From the human T2T-CHM13v2.0 reference genome, Homo sapiens, in NCBI RefSeq assembly GCF_009914755.1, contig NC_060940.1: 64,000 nt of DNA, one strand, 5' to 3'. This document shows, piece after piece, positions 16,361-33,042 of this stretch (positions are counted from its first letter, which is position 1; each line of letters begins with the position of its first letter). The notes under the pieces are model-generated. The model did not search any database and was not told the origin of the DNA. It worked only from the letters and a program-made list of their open reading frames with translations. A program made the translations under genes and the position numbers.

Positions 16361-16486
16361 TTTTTTTTTAGAGATGGGGTCTCACTACATTGCCCAGGCT
16401 GGTCTCAAACTCCTGGCCTCAAGTGATCCTCCCACGTCGACCTCCCAAAGCATTGGAATAATAGGCACAAACCACTGTGCCCAGCC
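16361..16486 (-). mobile_element. Alu left monomer (FLAM-like)
   Basis: GAGATGGGGTCTCACTACATTGCCCAGGCTGGTCTCAAACTCC. Confidence 0.85.
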
Positions 16487-16711
16487 CTCTGTGTGTGTGT
16501 ATGTGTGTGTGTGTATAAATGGATATATGTAATATCCATTTATATCATGTATATGTACACATTTACATTTTCTTTATCCATTCATTTGTTAGACAGTTAG
16601 GTGGAATCCATATCTTGGCTATTGTGAATAGCACTGCAATAAACATTGATGTAGCCGAGGCAACATAGTGAGACCTTGACTCTACAAAAAAAATATTTTT
16701 TTAAAAAATTA

Positions 16712-17009
16712 GGCTGGGCACAGTGGCTCACATCTGTAATCCCAGCACTTTGGGAGGCCAAGGCGGGCATATCATGAGGTCAGGAGTTCGAGACCAGTCT
16801 GGCCAACATGGTGAAACCCTGTCTCTACTAAAAATACAAAAATTAGCCGGGCGTGGTGGCGGGCACCTGTAATCCCAGCTACTCAGGAGGCTGAGGCAGC
16901 AGAATCACTTGAAAGCGGGAGGCAGAGTTGCAGTGAGCCAAGACTGCACCACTGCACTCCAGCCTGAGTGACAGAGCAGGACTCCATCTCAAAAAAAAAA
17001 AAAAAAAAT
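16712..17009 (+). mobile_element. AluS nested in the linker of an older AluJ (remnants ~16655-16710 and ~17010-17150)
   Basis: Complete dimer lying between a left-arm end and a right arm. Confidence 0.9.
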
Positions 17010-17343
17010 AGTTAGGTGTGGTGGAGGGCATCTGTGGTCCTAGCTACTCAAGAGGCTGAGGCAGGAGGAGCCCAGGAGTTCAAGGTTGCAGTGAGCTATG
17101 ATTGTGCCACTGCATCCAGCCTGGGAGCCAGAGTGAGGCTGCCTCTAAAATAAATCAATACACACACAAGCAAACATGGGGATGCAGATATTTCTTTGAT
17201 ATATGGATTTCCTTTCCTTTGGATAAATACCCACTAGTGAGATTGTGAGGTCGTGTGCTAGTTCGTTTTCAGTCATTTGAGAAACCTCCTTACTGTTTGA
17301 CGAGTCTATTCTAAATCAACTTATGGCCTAGTGTTCATGGTGA

Positions 17344-17877
<534 letters not shown>

Positions 17878-18323
17878 TGATTTGATTTTATTTTTTGTAC
17901 TTTGTTTTGGTCTATTTTCTCCCGCTAGCTAGTAAGCTCTCTGAGGACAGGAACCATGTCTGTAGGTTCACCTTTATATCCTCAGAGTCCATCATAGTAC
18001 TTAATAAGCATTTATTATTGAACGAAGCTCCCCCTTAAAGTTCTCCCCCAAGGAATGGAAGCTCTGAAGGGCCTTACTTCTTATACCAGTTTTAGAACAG
18101 AGGGTTTCCAGATTCACATTGCTGCTAGAAAACCCTATCAGCAGTAAACAGGTAAACTGAGCACCTCATTAAAAAGCAAAAAACCTTTTGATCTCAAAAT
18201 AATTTCAGACTTAAGGAAAAGTTGCAAAAGCAACAGCACATTCCCAAAGACCCTCCACCCAGCTTCTCCTAATATTAGCATGTTTTATAACTATAGAACA
18301 ATGCAAAATGAACTGAGAAGTTA

Positions 18324-18632
<309 letters not shown>

Positions 18633-19198
18633 TAGTTAACGTGGGTACAATATTACTAACTAATCTATCGACTGTATTCAGATTTCACCAGGTTTTCCCT
18701 CTAATGACCTGTTTCTGTCCAGGAACCCACATTACATTTAGCCATCAGTTCTCCTTAGTCTCTTCCAGCCTCTGACAATTCTTCAGCCTTTTCCTTGTCT
18801 TTTATGACTTTGACACTTTTGAAAAATACTGGAGGGACATTTTGTAGATGTCCCTCCATTTGGGTTTGTCTGATGTTTTCTCATGATTAGACGGAGGTTA
18901 TGGGTTTGGGAGAAGAATAATAGAGGTGAAATGCCATTCTCTTTGAATCATGTCTATCATATCAACATATCAACATGACTTATTACTAGGGATGTTAACT
19001 TCAACCACTTGATTAATGTGGTGTCTGCTGGGTTTCCTCACTATAAAGTTACCATTTTTCTTTTTGTCATTAATTAATCTCTCGGGGGAGATACTTCACG
19101 ACTATCTTGTTTCTCCTCAAATGTTTGCTCACTTAAACTTTAGCAAGCATCCATGGATCTTACCTGCAGAAATTTCTACTGTGGTGTTCTAATGGTGA

Positions 19199-19558
<360 letters not shown>

Positions 19559-21938
19559 TAAGAAAATACTTCCCTCCTTCTTTCCTCCTTTCCTTCCTTC
19601 CTCCTTTTCTTGCTTACTCCTTTTCTTCCTTTCTTATTATTATGGACTCATGGGTATTTATTCTATGACTTATAATCCAATATTACCATTAGTTTGTTGC
19701 TCAAATTTTTCCATCTCTGGCCATGAGGAGCTCTACATCCTTCCAATAAACCCCAATTATTTTTTGAGCAATTCCCTATTTTCTGGCATCACAAGGTATT
19801 CTACAGGCATTTTGTATTTTCTCCGCTCCAGTTCTGGAAGTAACCACCTCTCCAAGGAGCCCTGGTCTCTCTTTTTTTGGAGAATGGTATTTAGAAACCA
19901 AGATCTGAGTGGTAGGTGTGCTCACTGCTAGTGGAGAATCCTTGCTGCTGGAGTCTCTCAGTGTTCAGAGCTTGAGAATATATTATGTATACCAATCCAT
20001 GCATGCATGGATATATCTATCTATCTATGTATCTATCTGTCTATCTATCTATCCATCCATCTGTCCACCTATACCTATCTCTACATATTAAGAAACCTTT
20101 AGTTCATACCAATACTACTGATTTCAATTCATCATCACAGCACTCAGTCTAACATCCCTCTTTCCCCTGTTTGTAACTTTGTTTTTTAATTGAAAGACTG
20201 ATGCTTAAATCCTGGTAAGCTGTAAAAATATGCTCCCTTCTCACCCTTCCTCTCATCTTTTCTCCTGTGGAAATGGTTGACATAAGGATGCAACACTGAA
20301 TGCTAGATATTGCAGACAGAGGCTACAGGAAAGAGAGCTGAGCTGACATCACGGTCCTTCCTACTGCAAAAAGCACTAATTACACATTTTATACTTTATC
20401 GGCAGTGGGGGTGCAAGAGGGTCGGCCTGGGCTCTGGAATGTAAGCTCACTGTTCCAGCCAAAAAATGAGTCAGTTGAGATGGGAATGCAAATTTATTTG
20501 AGCAGTTGTGTGTCAACATATTTCCGGAAAAAAAAAATTGTGTGTGTGCCTGTTTTCTGCTCCAGCCTTCTGGAAAATACTGTCACCCGATGGCCCTCTT
20601 ACTTTGGCAACAATTCTTGTTCCTGGGGGCACCTTACCTCTTGTCTTTTAACCATCTCATTGATTTCTGTCCCCTTCATCTTCCAACACACATGTTGTTC
20701 CCTTTCCTTTTCTTCTGACTTCCCATCTTTATTTTCCTTTTCACAGACCCTGTGAATTTTCACCTCCAAGCAGATCCTAGTGGAAACCTTTCATGGCTGG
20801 GTCATCAGAATCTTTTCAATACAAAAAGCCAAGCTTACATTTCCCTTTATTTTGTTGTCTGGGACTTGGTTTTTTCCTTAAGTTCCCTGTTCTTGTAATA
20901 CTTTGGGTGTGGAGGAATTTTCTGTTTTTCCGTCCTTTCATAACAGTTCAGAGTTGTTCACTATGAAACCCCGAGGAATGCTTCGCTGAAAACCCAAATT
21001 TTGCCTACCACACTCTGGATATGCTAAAGATAACTAAGGCAAGGCAAGATTGGCTCACTCTGATGGCAAATGAAGTGCTTGTTATTCAAAACTAAAGAGT
21101 CCAACTCTGAGCTCCTCCTGGGAGGAAAGAAAATAAGTGTGTTCCAGGTATTATTCCTTTTAGTGTTATCAACAATTCCAGAGGCCCACGGGCCTGTTTG
21201 GGATCCTGCCATTCCCAGAGCCAGGGGTGGGGGCCACCTTCACAGTGACCTGAGCTGACCAGAAATAAACCCAGAATACCCCGGAGCAGGGAGATGTCAA
21301 GTCAGTGGGAGGGAGAGCCTACGGAGAGCCCGTATTTTCTTAGCTGTATCCAGGAAGCCTGGATGGAATGGGCTTGGCAGGCACCAACTTCCTGGGGAGC
21401 CAACTGGGCAGCTTCCCGGGGGTGCCAGGAGTGCAAAATCACCACTGGGGCACTGAACCATCATAAGACAATGAAGAACTCATTTCGCGAATTCCAAGAA
21501 CACTATCCGTTCTCGGAAGGAATCTTTAGCAAAGTCACTTAGGGTTGGCGGGAAGGGAGGGAGGATGTGGTGAGTAATCATAAGAATAACTACAAGTAGC
21601 TACAAGGGCATGCTCCATAGCTTTAATAATAAAAAGAAGGCAACAATAATAGAAATAATGAAGGCAGCTGGAATTTAGTCCAATTCTTCCTCATGAGCCG
21701 GGCAATGTACCCAAGTTTGTTGTACACATCAATCTCATTGAATTCTCACAACGACTGTGTGAGGTAGGTACTGTCTCAGATGTGTCATTTCACATCTGGG
21801 AAACAGGTCAAGAAGAATGAAATATGGTGCTTGTAGCTGCAAAACTACAAAGTGGCAAAGACTGGATCAGAACTCTCAACTTGCTTTCTTAAGTATTCTT
21901 CTGTGTGGTCTTACTGGAAGGGCTTTTCTTTAAACTAA

Positions 21939-22296
<358 letters not shown>

Positions 22297-22329
22297 TAAT
22301 CCTTTGTATAACTCATTATTGACATAATA

Positions 22330-22650
22330 TTTTTTCCTTTTATTTTTATTTGCCACATAATAATTGTTCATATTTATGGGATACAGATATTTTGATACAT
22401 ACAGACAATGCTCAAATCAGTGTAATGATCAAATCAGGGTATTAACATATCTAGCACTTCAAACATTTATCATTTCTTTGTGTTGTAAATATTCAAAATC
22501 CTCTCTTCTAGCTTTTTGAAAATATACAATAAAATATGTTAATTATAGTCACCATACAGTACTACAGAAGCCTAGAACTTACTGCTCTCATCTAGCTGTA
22601 ATTTTGCTAATCCGTTAATCAACCTCTCCCTGCCCCCTCTCCCCGCTACC
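22330..22650 (-). mobile_element. L1MA 3' end fragment
   Basis: CATATTTATGGGATACA..TGATCAAATCAGGGTA..CTCTTCTAGC..GAAAATATACAATAAA. Confidence 0.8.
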
Positions 22651-23190
22651 TGGAAGGGTCTGCCTTGTAAGCTATAGGCTTTGGTTTTGCTGAGCTGAGT
22701 ATTCAGGTGGTCATGGCTGATATTTTAGTATAAGTGTTAGGATGCTAGTCAGATGACCCAAGGACAGGACGACAAGCTCTGCCCTCCACACAGATGCAAT
22801 CTAATGACAGAGGCATCCAGTCGGCAGGTGCAAGGCCATTTGCAGGGCCACACTGTGGAAGATGGTGACAGCACATCAAACTGAGTGTCCAAGGATTATG
22901 CCTGCAAACCATGAGTGTTCCAGTGTTTAGAGGCAAGGTTGTGAGAAAGGAGGAAAATCATGCTGGACAGAAAGACAGGCGTGAGCCAAAACACAGAGGA
23001 AATGGCACAGCATGTGCCTAGAAAGAGAAGCTTGGAGTTGGCTAGAAGATAGGGTCCAAGGTGAAGGGGAAGACAAGAGCTAAAGCTGGAGAGATAAGCA
23101 GGGGCCTTGTGCAAACCAGTGGGGCCTCGGACTTTAAATATGGAAGGACCTGGGTCTGAATTCCAATTTAGCCATGTGCTCGCTGTATGA

Positions 23191-23583
<393 letters not shown>

Positions 23584-24125
23584 TGATATATACGTTAGGC
23601 TGAGAGCCTATGCACCCAGTCTTGGGTCACACAGTTGATGAATGGATTCGCCAGGAAACACATCTATTTTTATTACAGGTCAAGCTTTATAGTTCATAAA
23701 GCTCTCATATATTCTCACTTCATTTCGCAGGTTTCAGGTCTCTTACCCTGTTTGAATTTTCATTTTTCTCTCTCGGCACCAGTCTTCTCCAATCTACGTA
23801 GCCCTCAAGGGTAGGGACCACATCCTATTGTTCATCACGAGTGGTCCATGGTAATGCAGGGGTCTCAGGCTTGGCAGTGCAACAGAATCACTGGGAAGCT
23901 CCAGAAATCTGCAGAGATCTGGGCCTCATCCAAGGTGTGTTGAACCAGAATCTTTAGAACTGCTGCCTGAGCTTTTTCTCTTATCCAGGTGGGGTTTGGA
24001 AACACAGCAGAAATATGTTCAAGGGAATCAGTGAGCAAGTGACCATCCTAGATATATCAGGCGGGATAGGCTAGTGCATGCTATGACAGCCATCAACCAG
24101 GAGCTGCTTAAAACAACCAAAGTTT

Positions 24126-24427
24126 GGCCGGGCGCAGTGGCTCACGCCTGTAATCCCAGCACTTTGGGAGGCCAAGGTGGGCAGATCAGGAGGTCAGGAG
24201 ATCGAGACCATCCTGGCTAACACAGTGAAACCCTGTCTCTACTAAAAATACAAAAACTTAGCCAGGTGTGGTGGTGGGAGCCTGTAGTCCCAGCTACTCA
24301 GGAGGCTGAAGCAGGAGAATGGCGTGAACCTGGGAGGCAGAGCTTGCAGTGAGCCAAGATGGCGCCACTGCACTCCAGCCTGGGCGACAGCGCAAGACTC
24401 CGTCTCAAAAAAAAAACAAAAAAAAAC
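24126..24427 (+). mobile_element. AluY-like
   Basis: GAGATCGAGACCATCCTGGCTAACAC, GGCGTGAACC, GAGCTTGCAGTG diagnostics; TSD ACCAAAGTTT. Confidence 0.93.
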
Positions 24428-25317
24428 ACCAAAGTTTGTGTTTTGCTCATTTTGTGCCCACAATGGGTTGGCTGAGGGCTCTTCTCAACAGAGCCAGCGC
24501 CATCCTGGGCATTGCTATTTGCCCTGCCAGAGACACAGAGCTCTGGCCCAGAAGAGATACTTACTCTCTCCATTCACACTCCTTGGCCAGAGCTAGTCAG
24601 AACACCTCACCCAAGTGGAAAAGGAAGTGGAGCCCTGCATGTGCCCAGAAGCTGGGGAGCCTGAAGTCAGTCATTGGTGAACAGCACAGATAACTACCAG
24701 GTTCTATGAAGCTGGCATCACTAACTTCATTTCACAGTGAGACTTAAGAAGCTTGTTCAAGGCCAGACAGCAAATATGGAGCAGGATTTGAGGTCTTTTT
24801 TTTTTTTCGGTCTGGCTCAAGGTCATCTTTTTTTTTTTTTTTTTTTTTGGTAACAAAGCTGGATAGTGCAGGGCACTCAATCTAGTGGTTAAAAGCCTGG
24901 AATCTGTACTGCCTCCAGACCCTCAGCTCTACCACTTACCAGATGTGTGAGCTAGGCAAGTAATGGAACCACTTTACACCCATCAAAGAGAGAGTCAAAG
25001 GAGGGGGAGGGCCAAGGAAGGATGTATTTTCTGGAATGAAGTGTTTGGAACCAGGTAGGACTTGCCTGAGTAGGACTGGTAAGGTGGGGAGGGAATAGAT
25101 TTTAAAATTGCACAGAATTTAAGGTGGTTCCTGACATAGCCAGGGAAGAGGCATGCTTATTCCCCAGAAATTGCTCCCTTCCTCCCTGTACCAGTGTAAA
25201 TATTTGGGCTTCAAAGAACAAAGAAGCCAACTGGAGTTGGTCTGACCACATGCATTAGCTCAGGGAAGAGAGTGGCCAGGGCTTTGTGGGTCTGGGGTCA
25301 GTCCAGCAGCTTGGTGA

Positions 25318-25657
<340 letters not shown>

Positions 25658-26333
25658 CTCCAGGATCTTTTGGCATCTGTGCCATGCATGCCCTATGTTA
25701 AGGCTCATTCCCATCACAGCTGTTGGGAAAGCCATTGGTGGCAACAGAGGTTCCAGGTAAGCAGGGGGAGTGGGCTGGCTTCCTGGGTTCTCCCTTACAG
25801 CAGAGAAAGTTTGCCTCCCCACTACCCCCGGTGAGCCCCTGTCCAAGTCTCACAGGCTCTGATTGGTTTTGGCCTGTAAGGGGTCGACGTCCTTGGATGG
25901 AAACGCGAGCTGGTTTAAGCAGAATTGGGAATGCAATAGAGGATGTTAGGTATCCCACAGAATCACTGGGAGGGCCAGAGAAAAGAACTTGAGGCTAAGC
26001 TTCTAGGAAAAATGCCCCAAACCACACTGCAGGCCTGGCTGGATGAACTAAACTCCACCCTGCTCCTGCGCCATGAAACATCAGTGCCAGGAGCCTGCCC
26101 TCACTTTAGCCGCTGCTGCCGTCAGCACGGGGCCCACTATGCCACTGGGAGCTCGACCCTGCAACCACTACCCCCAAAGCCAGCCACTTCTGCCACTGAC
26201 ACTTCAACATTCTCATGGGGTGCCTCCAGGTGACAGGGCCGACATCATACGGCTTGTCTTAGTTGCAAGGAAGGCAGGAGATCTGCATCTTGATATCTTC
26301 TCCGGGGTGCCCGGACTTACAATGTGGGATTTC

Positions 26334-27040
26334 CTCAAAGACAGATAGGTTACAGATACAACGCTGTCTCCTACATCCTGCCCATCCTTGATCCAGCACT
26401 GGGTGCGGCAGAGGTGGCAGGATTGAGCTTAGATTGACCAACAGGAACGATGAGTATCTGAGGACCAACGACGTTGCTCACAACACCCTTCTGCTTCTGG
26501 TTTGATTTCTTTCTCTCCACTGCCTCCATGTGCTCGGGGTGCACATGTGTCTCAAGATGTCATTAATTTTTTAAAATCACATGTATTATTATATATTATG
26601 CCCAAATCACATAATCTATTGTTTTTTAAATTATAGTTTCAGGGGCACATGTGCAGATTGGTTCTATAAATTGCATGTCGACAGGGTTTGGTGTATGTAT
26701 TATGTCGTCACCCAGGTAATCAGCATGGTATCCAATAGGTAGTTTTTTGATCCTCACTCTCCTCCCCGACTCAACCCTCAAATAAACCCAAGTGTCTATT
26801 GTTCCCTTCTTTGTGTCCACATCTGCTCAATGTTTAGCTCCCACTTATAAGTTAGAACATGTGATGTTTGGTTTTCTGTTCCTGCATGAGTTCACTTAGG
26901 ACAATGGCATCCAGCTCCATCCACCATTCCTGTTGGTCAATCTGAGCTCAGTCCTACCACCTCTGCCGCACCCAGTGCTAGGTCAAGGATGGGCAGGATG
27001 TAGCAAACAGCTGTCGTACCTGTAGCCTATCTGTATTGAG
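26334..27040. repeat. Inverted repeat pair, arms ~26334-26452 and ~26922-27040
   Basis: Reverse complement of arm 2 aligns to arm 1 over ~119 bp at about 87% identity by eye. Confidence 0.93.
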
Positions 27041-28846
27041 ATGTCCATGCTGCAAAGGACATGATCTCATTCTTTTTCATGGCTGCATAGTATTCCATGG
27101 TGTATAGGTACCACATTTTCTGTATCCAGTATACTGTTGATGTGCATTTAGGTTGATTCTGTGTCTTTGCTATTGTAAACAGTGCTGCAATGAACATACA
27201 CATGCATGTGTTTTTATGGCAGAATGCTTTATATTCCTTTGGATACATACCCAATAATGGGATTGCTGGGTCCAATGGTAGTTCTGTTTTAAGTTCATTG
27301 AGAAATTGTCAAACTGTTTTCCACAGTGGCTGAACTAACTTATATTATCACCAGCAGTGAATAAGCATTCCCTTTTCTCCACAGCCTCGTCAGCATCTGT
27401 TATTTTTTGACTTTTTAATAATAGCCATTCTGACTGGTGTGAGATGGTATCTCACTGTGGTTTTGATTCGCATTTTTCTGATGATTAGTGAGGTTGAGCA
27501 TTTTTTCGTATGCTTGTTGGCTGTATACATGTCGTCTTTTGAAAAGTGTCTGTTCATGTCCATTGCCCACTTTTTAATGGAGTTGTTTTTTGCTTGTTAG
27601 TTTAAGTTCCTTATAGATTTTGGAATTAGATCTTTGTAAGATGCTTAGTTTGCAAATATTTTCTCCCATTGTGTGGTTTGTCTGTTTACTCTGTTGATAG
27701 TTTCTTATGCTGTGCAGAAGTTCTTTAGTTTAATTAGGTCCCATTTGTTGATTTTTATTGCAATTGTTTTTGGCATCTTCATCATAAAATCTTTGCCAGG
27801 GCCTATGTCTAGAATGGTATTTCCTAGGTTTTCTTCAAAAGTTTTTATAGTGAGGTTTTATATTTAAGTCTTTAATCCATCGAGTTGATTTTTGTACATG
27901 GTGTAAGGAAGGGGTCCAGTTTCAATCTTCTGCATATGGCTAGCCAGTTATCATGGCACCATTTATTGAAAAGGGAATCCTTTCCCCATTGCTTGTTTTG
28001 GTCAACTTTGTCAGAGATCAGATTGTTGTAGATGTGCAACTTTATTTCTGGGGGCTCTATTCTATTCTGTTGGTATATGTATCTATTTTTGTACCAGAAC
28101 CACGCTGTTTTGGTTACTGTGGCCTTGTAGTATGGTTTGAAGTCAGTAATGTGATGCCTTTGGCTTTGTTCTTTTTGCTTAGGATTGCTTTGGCTATTTG
28201 GGTTCTTTTTTGGTTCCGTGTGAATTTTAGAATAGTTTTTTCTAAGTGTGTGCAGAATGTCATTGGTAGTTTGATAGGAATAGCATTGATTCTGTAGGTT
28301 GCTTTGGGTAGTATGGCCATTTTAACAATATTGATTCTTCCTGTCCATGAGCGTGGAATGTTTTTCCATTTGTTTGTGTCATCTCTCTTTTCTTTCAGCA
28401 GTGTTTTGTAATTCTCATTGCAGAGTTCTTTCCCCTCCCTGGGTAGCCGTATTCTTAGGTATTTTACTCTTTGTGTGGCTATTGCAAATGTGATTGCATT
28501 TTTGATTTGGCACTCAGCTTGGATGCTATTGGTGTATGGAAATGCTACTGATTTTTCTACATTGATTTTGTATCCAGAAACTGTGCTGGAGCTGTTAATC
28601 AGATCTAGGAGATTTGGGGCTGAGACTAAGGTTTTCTAGGTATAAAATCTCATATTATCTTACAAACAGGGATAGTCTGACTTCCTCTTTTCCTATTTGG
28701 ATGCTTTTAATTTCTTTCTCTTGCCTGATTGCTTGGCCAGGACTTCCAGTACTATGCTGAATAGGAGTGGTGAGAGTAGGCATCCTTGTCTTGTTCTGGT
28801 TTTCAAGGGGAATGCTTCCTGCTTTTGCCCACTCAGTATGATGTTG
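26620..28846 (-). mobile_element. 5'-truncated L1PA (older, L1PA15-17-like): 3' UTR plus disrupted ORF2 C-terminus
   Basis: L1 3'UTR motifs; minus-strand ORF fragments [22 protein letters not shown] and DPAIPLLGMYPKEYK are L1 ORF2p. Confidence 0.93.
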
Positions 28847-28860
28847 AAGATGCCTCTTAA

Positions 28861-29012
28861 AGCCTGGTGTGATGGTGCACCTGTAGTCCGAGCTACTCAG
28901 GAGGCTGAGGAAGGGAGACCACTTGAGCCCAGGAGTTCAAGGCTGTAGCATGCTATAATCACACCACTGCACTCCAGCGTGGGCAACATAGCAAGACCCC
29001 ATCCCTAAAAAA
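28861..29012 (+). mobile_element. Alu right monomer (FRAM/AluJ)
   Basis: CCTGTAGTCC..GAGCCCAGGAGTTCAAGGCTG..CACTGCACTCCAG. Confidence 0.88.
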
Positions 29013-29390
29013 AAATTTTTTTTAATGTATTTTAAGGCTCTGGTCCACCCTGCCCTCCCAGCCACTAACACTTAGCACTTACCTCCTCTTTGCTGATCTC
29101 TAGAATGCTCTCCCCTCTCCTTCCTGCCTAGTTCTCTCTGATGCATCCTTCACAACACAGTCCAAGCAAGTTCTTTCCTACCCTTCCATCCAGCCATTTT
29201 CTTGTCATTTGCTCCTCTTTTTCATTCTACTTACTACATTGTATTTCAACTTTTATTGGTTTAATTATTTAATTAACACCTCTCTCTTCCTCTAGACCAT
29301 AAATGCCATGAAAGCATGGACTATACCTGTCTTGCTCATAGTTATTGACATACTAGCTGGCACTTAAGTGCTTAATACATTTTTTATTGA

Positions 29391-29833
<443 letters not shown>

Positions 29834-29935
29834 TATTTTTTTATTTTTTAAAACCTCTTACTTTTAAGCTCTGTTGGACTTGATGGAAACCATACCTTAA
29901 ACCTTTAGGGGTGTGCATATGAGACTCACCTCTGT

Positions 29936-30231
29936 GTTTTTGTTTTTTATAGAGATGTGGTCTCTCTCTCATGCCCAGGCTGGAGTGCAGTGGCACGATC
30001 ACAGCATCCTACAACCCCCAACTCCCTCTCCCTCCCACCTTGGCCTCACCAGTTGCTAGTACTACAGGCACAAACCACCATGCTTAGCTAATTTTTTAAT
30101 GTTTAATTTTTTGTAGAGACAGGGTATCATTATGTTGCCCAGGCTGGTCTCAAACTCCTGGCCTCATTCAATCCTCTCTCCTTAGTCTCCCAAAGTGCTG
30201 GGATTACAGGAGTGGGCCACCATGCCTGGCC
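29936..30231 (-). mobile_element. AluJ
   Basis: Diverged antisense dimer. Confidence 0.88.
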
Positions 30232-30481
30232 AGAATTACCCATTTTGTTTGTTTGTTGTTTTCAAAGAATAACGCCCCGTGGTCTTGTTATGCCCACCCC
30301 TTCCCCATGAGGATCACTTCCACAGGTCCACAGGGAGCCGCTCACATTGATGGGAAAGTATGGCACATCTTGTGTCAGGATGGAAACCTAAATTTGGCAC
30401 AGCAAGGCCTGAGGTTAGTGGCAACTTCAGTTCCTATAAAACGTTCCCTCAAATCATGATGTCACTTTGGTGTTAACCCTC

Positions 30482-30796
<315 letters not shown>

Positions 30797-31080
30797 TAAC
30801 CACATCAAAATTCTCTTAAGTTTCAGCTCAATTTTTTCTTCGCTTTTATTTTTGCCTATGAAGTGACTTCCAAGTCATATCTTTAAAAATATTTGGGTGG
30901 CTTTTCCTATAAAAGCAGAGTCCTTTATAAAGCAGACTGCCCCTCCCTCAGGAAACTGGGAAGAGATTGCTTCAGGAGAGCTGGTATCCTTTCATGACTA
31001 GGGGGAAGTACTGGAGTAATTCTGCCCATTTTGAAAATATTTATTGTTCTCAGAATTATTTATTTCATTCAGAAATATAA

Positions 31081-31399
<319 letters not shown>

Positions 31400-32138
31400 T
31401 AATTTTATTTCTGTATATGAGCCCATCCTCCTACTTGAATTGCTATTTCTACTGGGCAATGAGGAAAGGATAAAATATCACAAAGAATCCACCCATGGTA
31501 ATAACAGCTTTGATTTACTGAGTGCTTAATCTTGTAAGGCACTTTTCCGTATGCTTCACATATATTAAGTTGGTTAATTTTCCCTACTCATGTTCTTATG
31601 TTAGATGAGAACACTGAGGCACTGGCCACCCGGAGGAGAACATAACAGCATCTTACACTGGAGTCCTGACCTCAGGGGATTTGGGGATTTTCTGTTTCAT
31701 AAAGATAAAGGCTTTTGAGGTAGGGAATAGCCTTGTTGGTCACGAAAGGCAAAGTTTGTGCATTTGGAAACAGGCTGATCTGGGGTGGAACCAACCACTT
31801 GCCAACTGTGTGTTGTTGCGTGTTGTTGTGTGTCGTTGCGTGTTGTGTGTGTCGTTGCGTGTTGCTGTGTGTGTTGTTGGGCATGTCCTCTCACCTCTTA
31901 TGTTCCTGGTTTTCTCATCTGTAAAATGGGGACAACCATAACTTCCACAGGGGATTTGTGACGGTTGATTTTAGGCATCCGTTTGGCTGGATTAAAGGAT
32001 ACCCAGATGGCTGGTAGAGCATTACTTCTGGGTGTGTCTGTGTGGGTGTTGCCAGAAGAGATTGGTGTTTGAATCAGTGACTGAGTAAGGAAGATCTGCC
32101 TTCATCGCCATCAGTTGAGGGCCTGGATAGAACAGTAG

Positions 32139-32591
<453 letters not shown>

Positions 32592-32750
32592 TAGCCTCGA
32601 ACTGAGAGTTACACCATCAGATTCCCTGGTTCTCGGGCCACAACTGCGACTGAGCTATGTCACCAGTTTCCCTGGCTTTCCAGTTTGGAGATGGCACATC
32701 GTAGGACTTCTCAGCTGCCATCATACATCCCCTCTTATGAATCTATATAG

Positions 32751-33042
32751 TTTTTTCTTTTTTAGAGACAGGGTCTCACTCTGTTGTCCAGACTGGAGGG
32801 CAGTGGCACAGTCAGAGCTCACTGCAGCCTCGACTCCTGGGCTCAAGAGATCCTCTCACATCAGCCTCCAGAGTAACTGGAACTCCAGGCATGTGCCACC
32901 ATGCCCAATTCTTTTTATTTTTTGTAGAGACGGGGTCTCACTGTGTTACCCAGGCTGGTCTAAAACTCCTAGGCTCAAGTGATCCTCCTGACTGGACCTC
33001 CTAAGGTGCTGGGATTACAGGAATGAGCAACCTTGCCCAGCC
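32751..33042 (-). mobile_element. AluJ nested in MLT2
   Basis: GCTCACTGCAGCCTCGACTCCTGGGCTCAAG. Confidence 0.9.

Noticed and set aside
26626-28948. L1 ORF2 fragments as an active element
   Set aside because: 5'-truncated, with many stops and frameshifts
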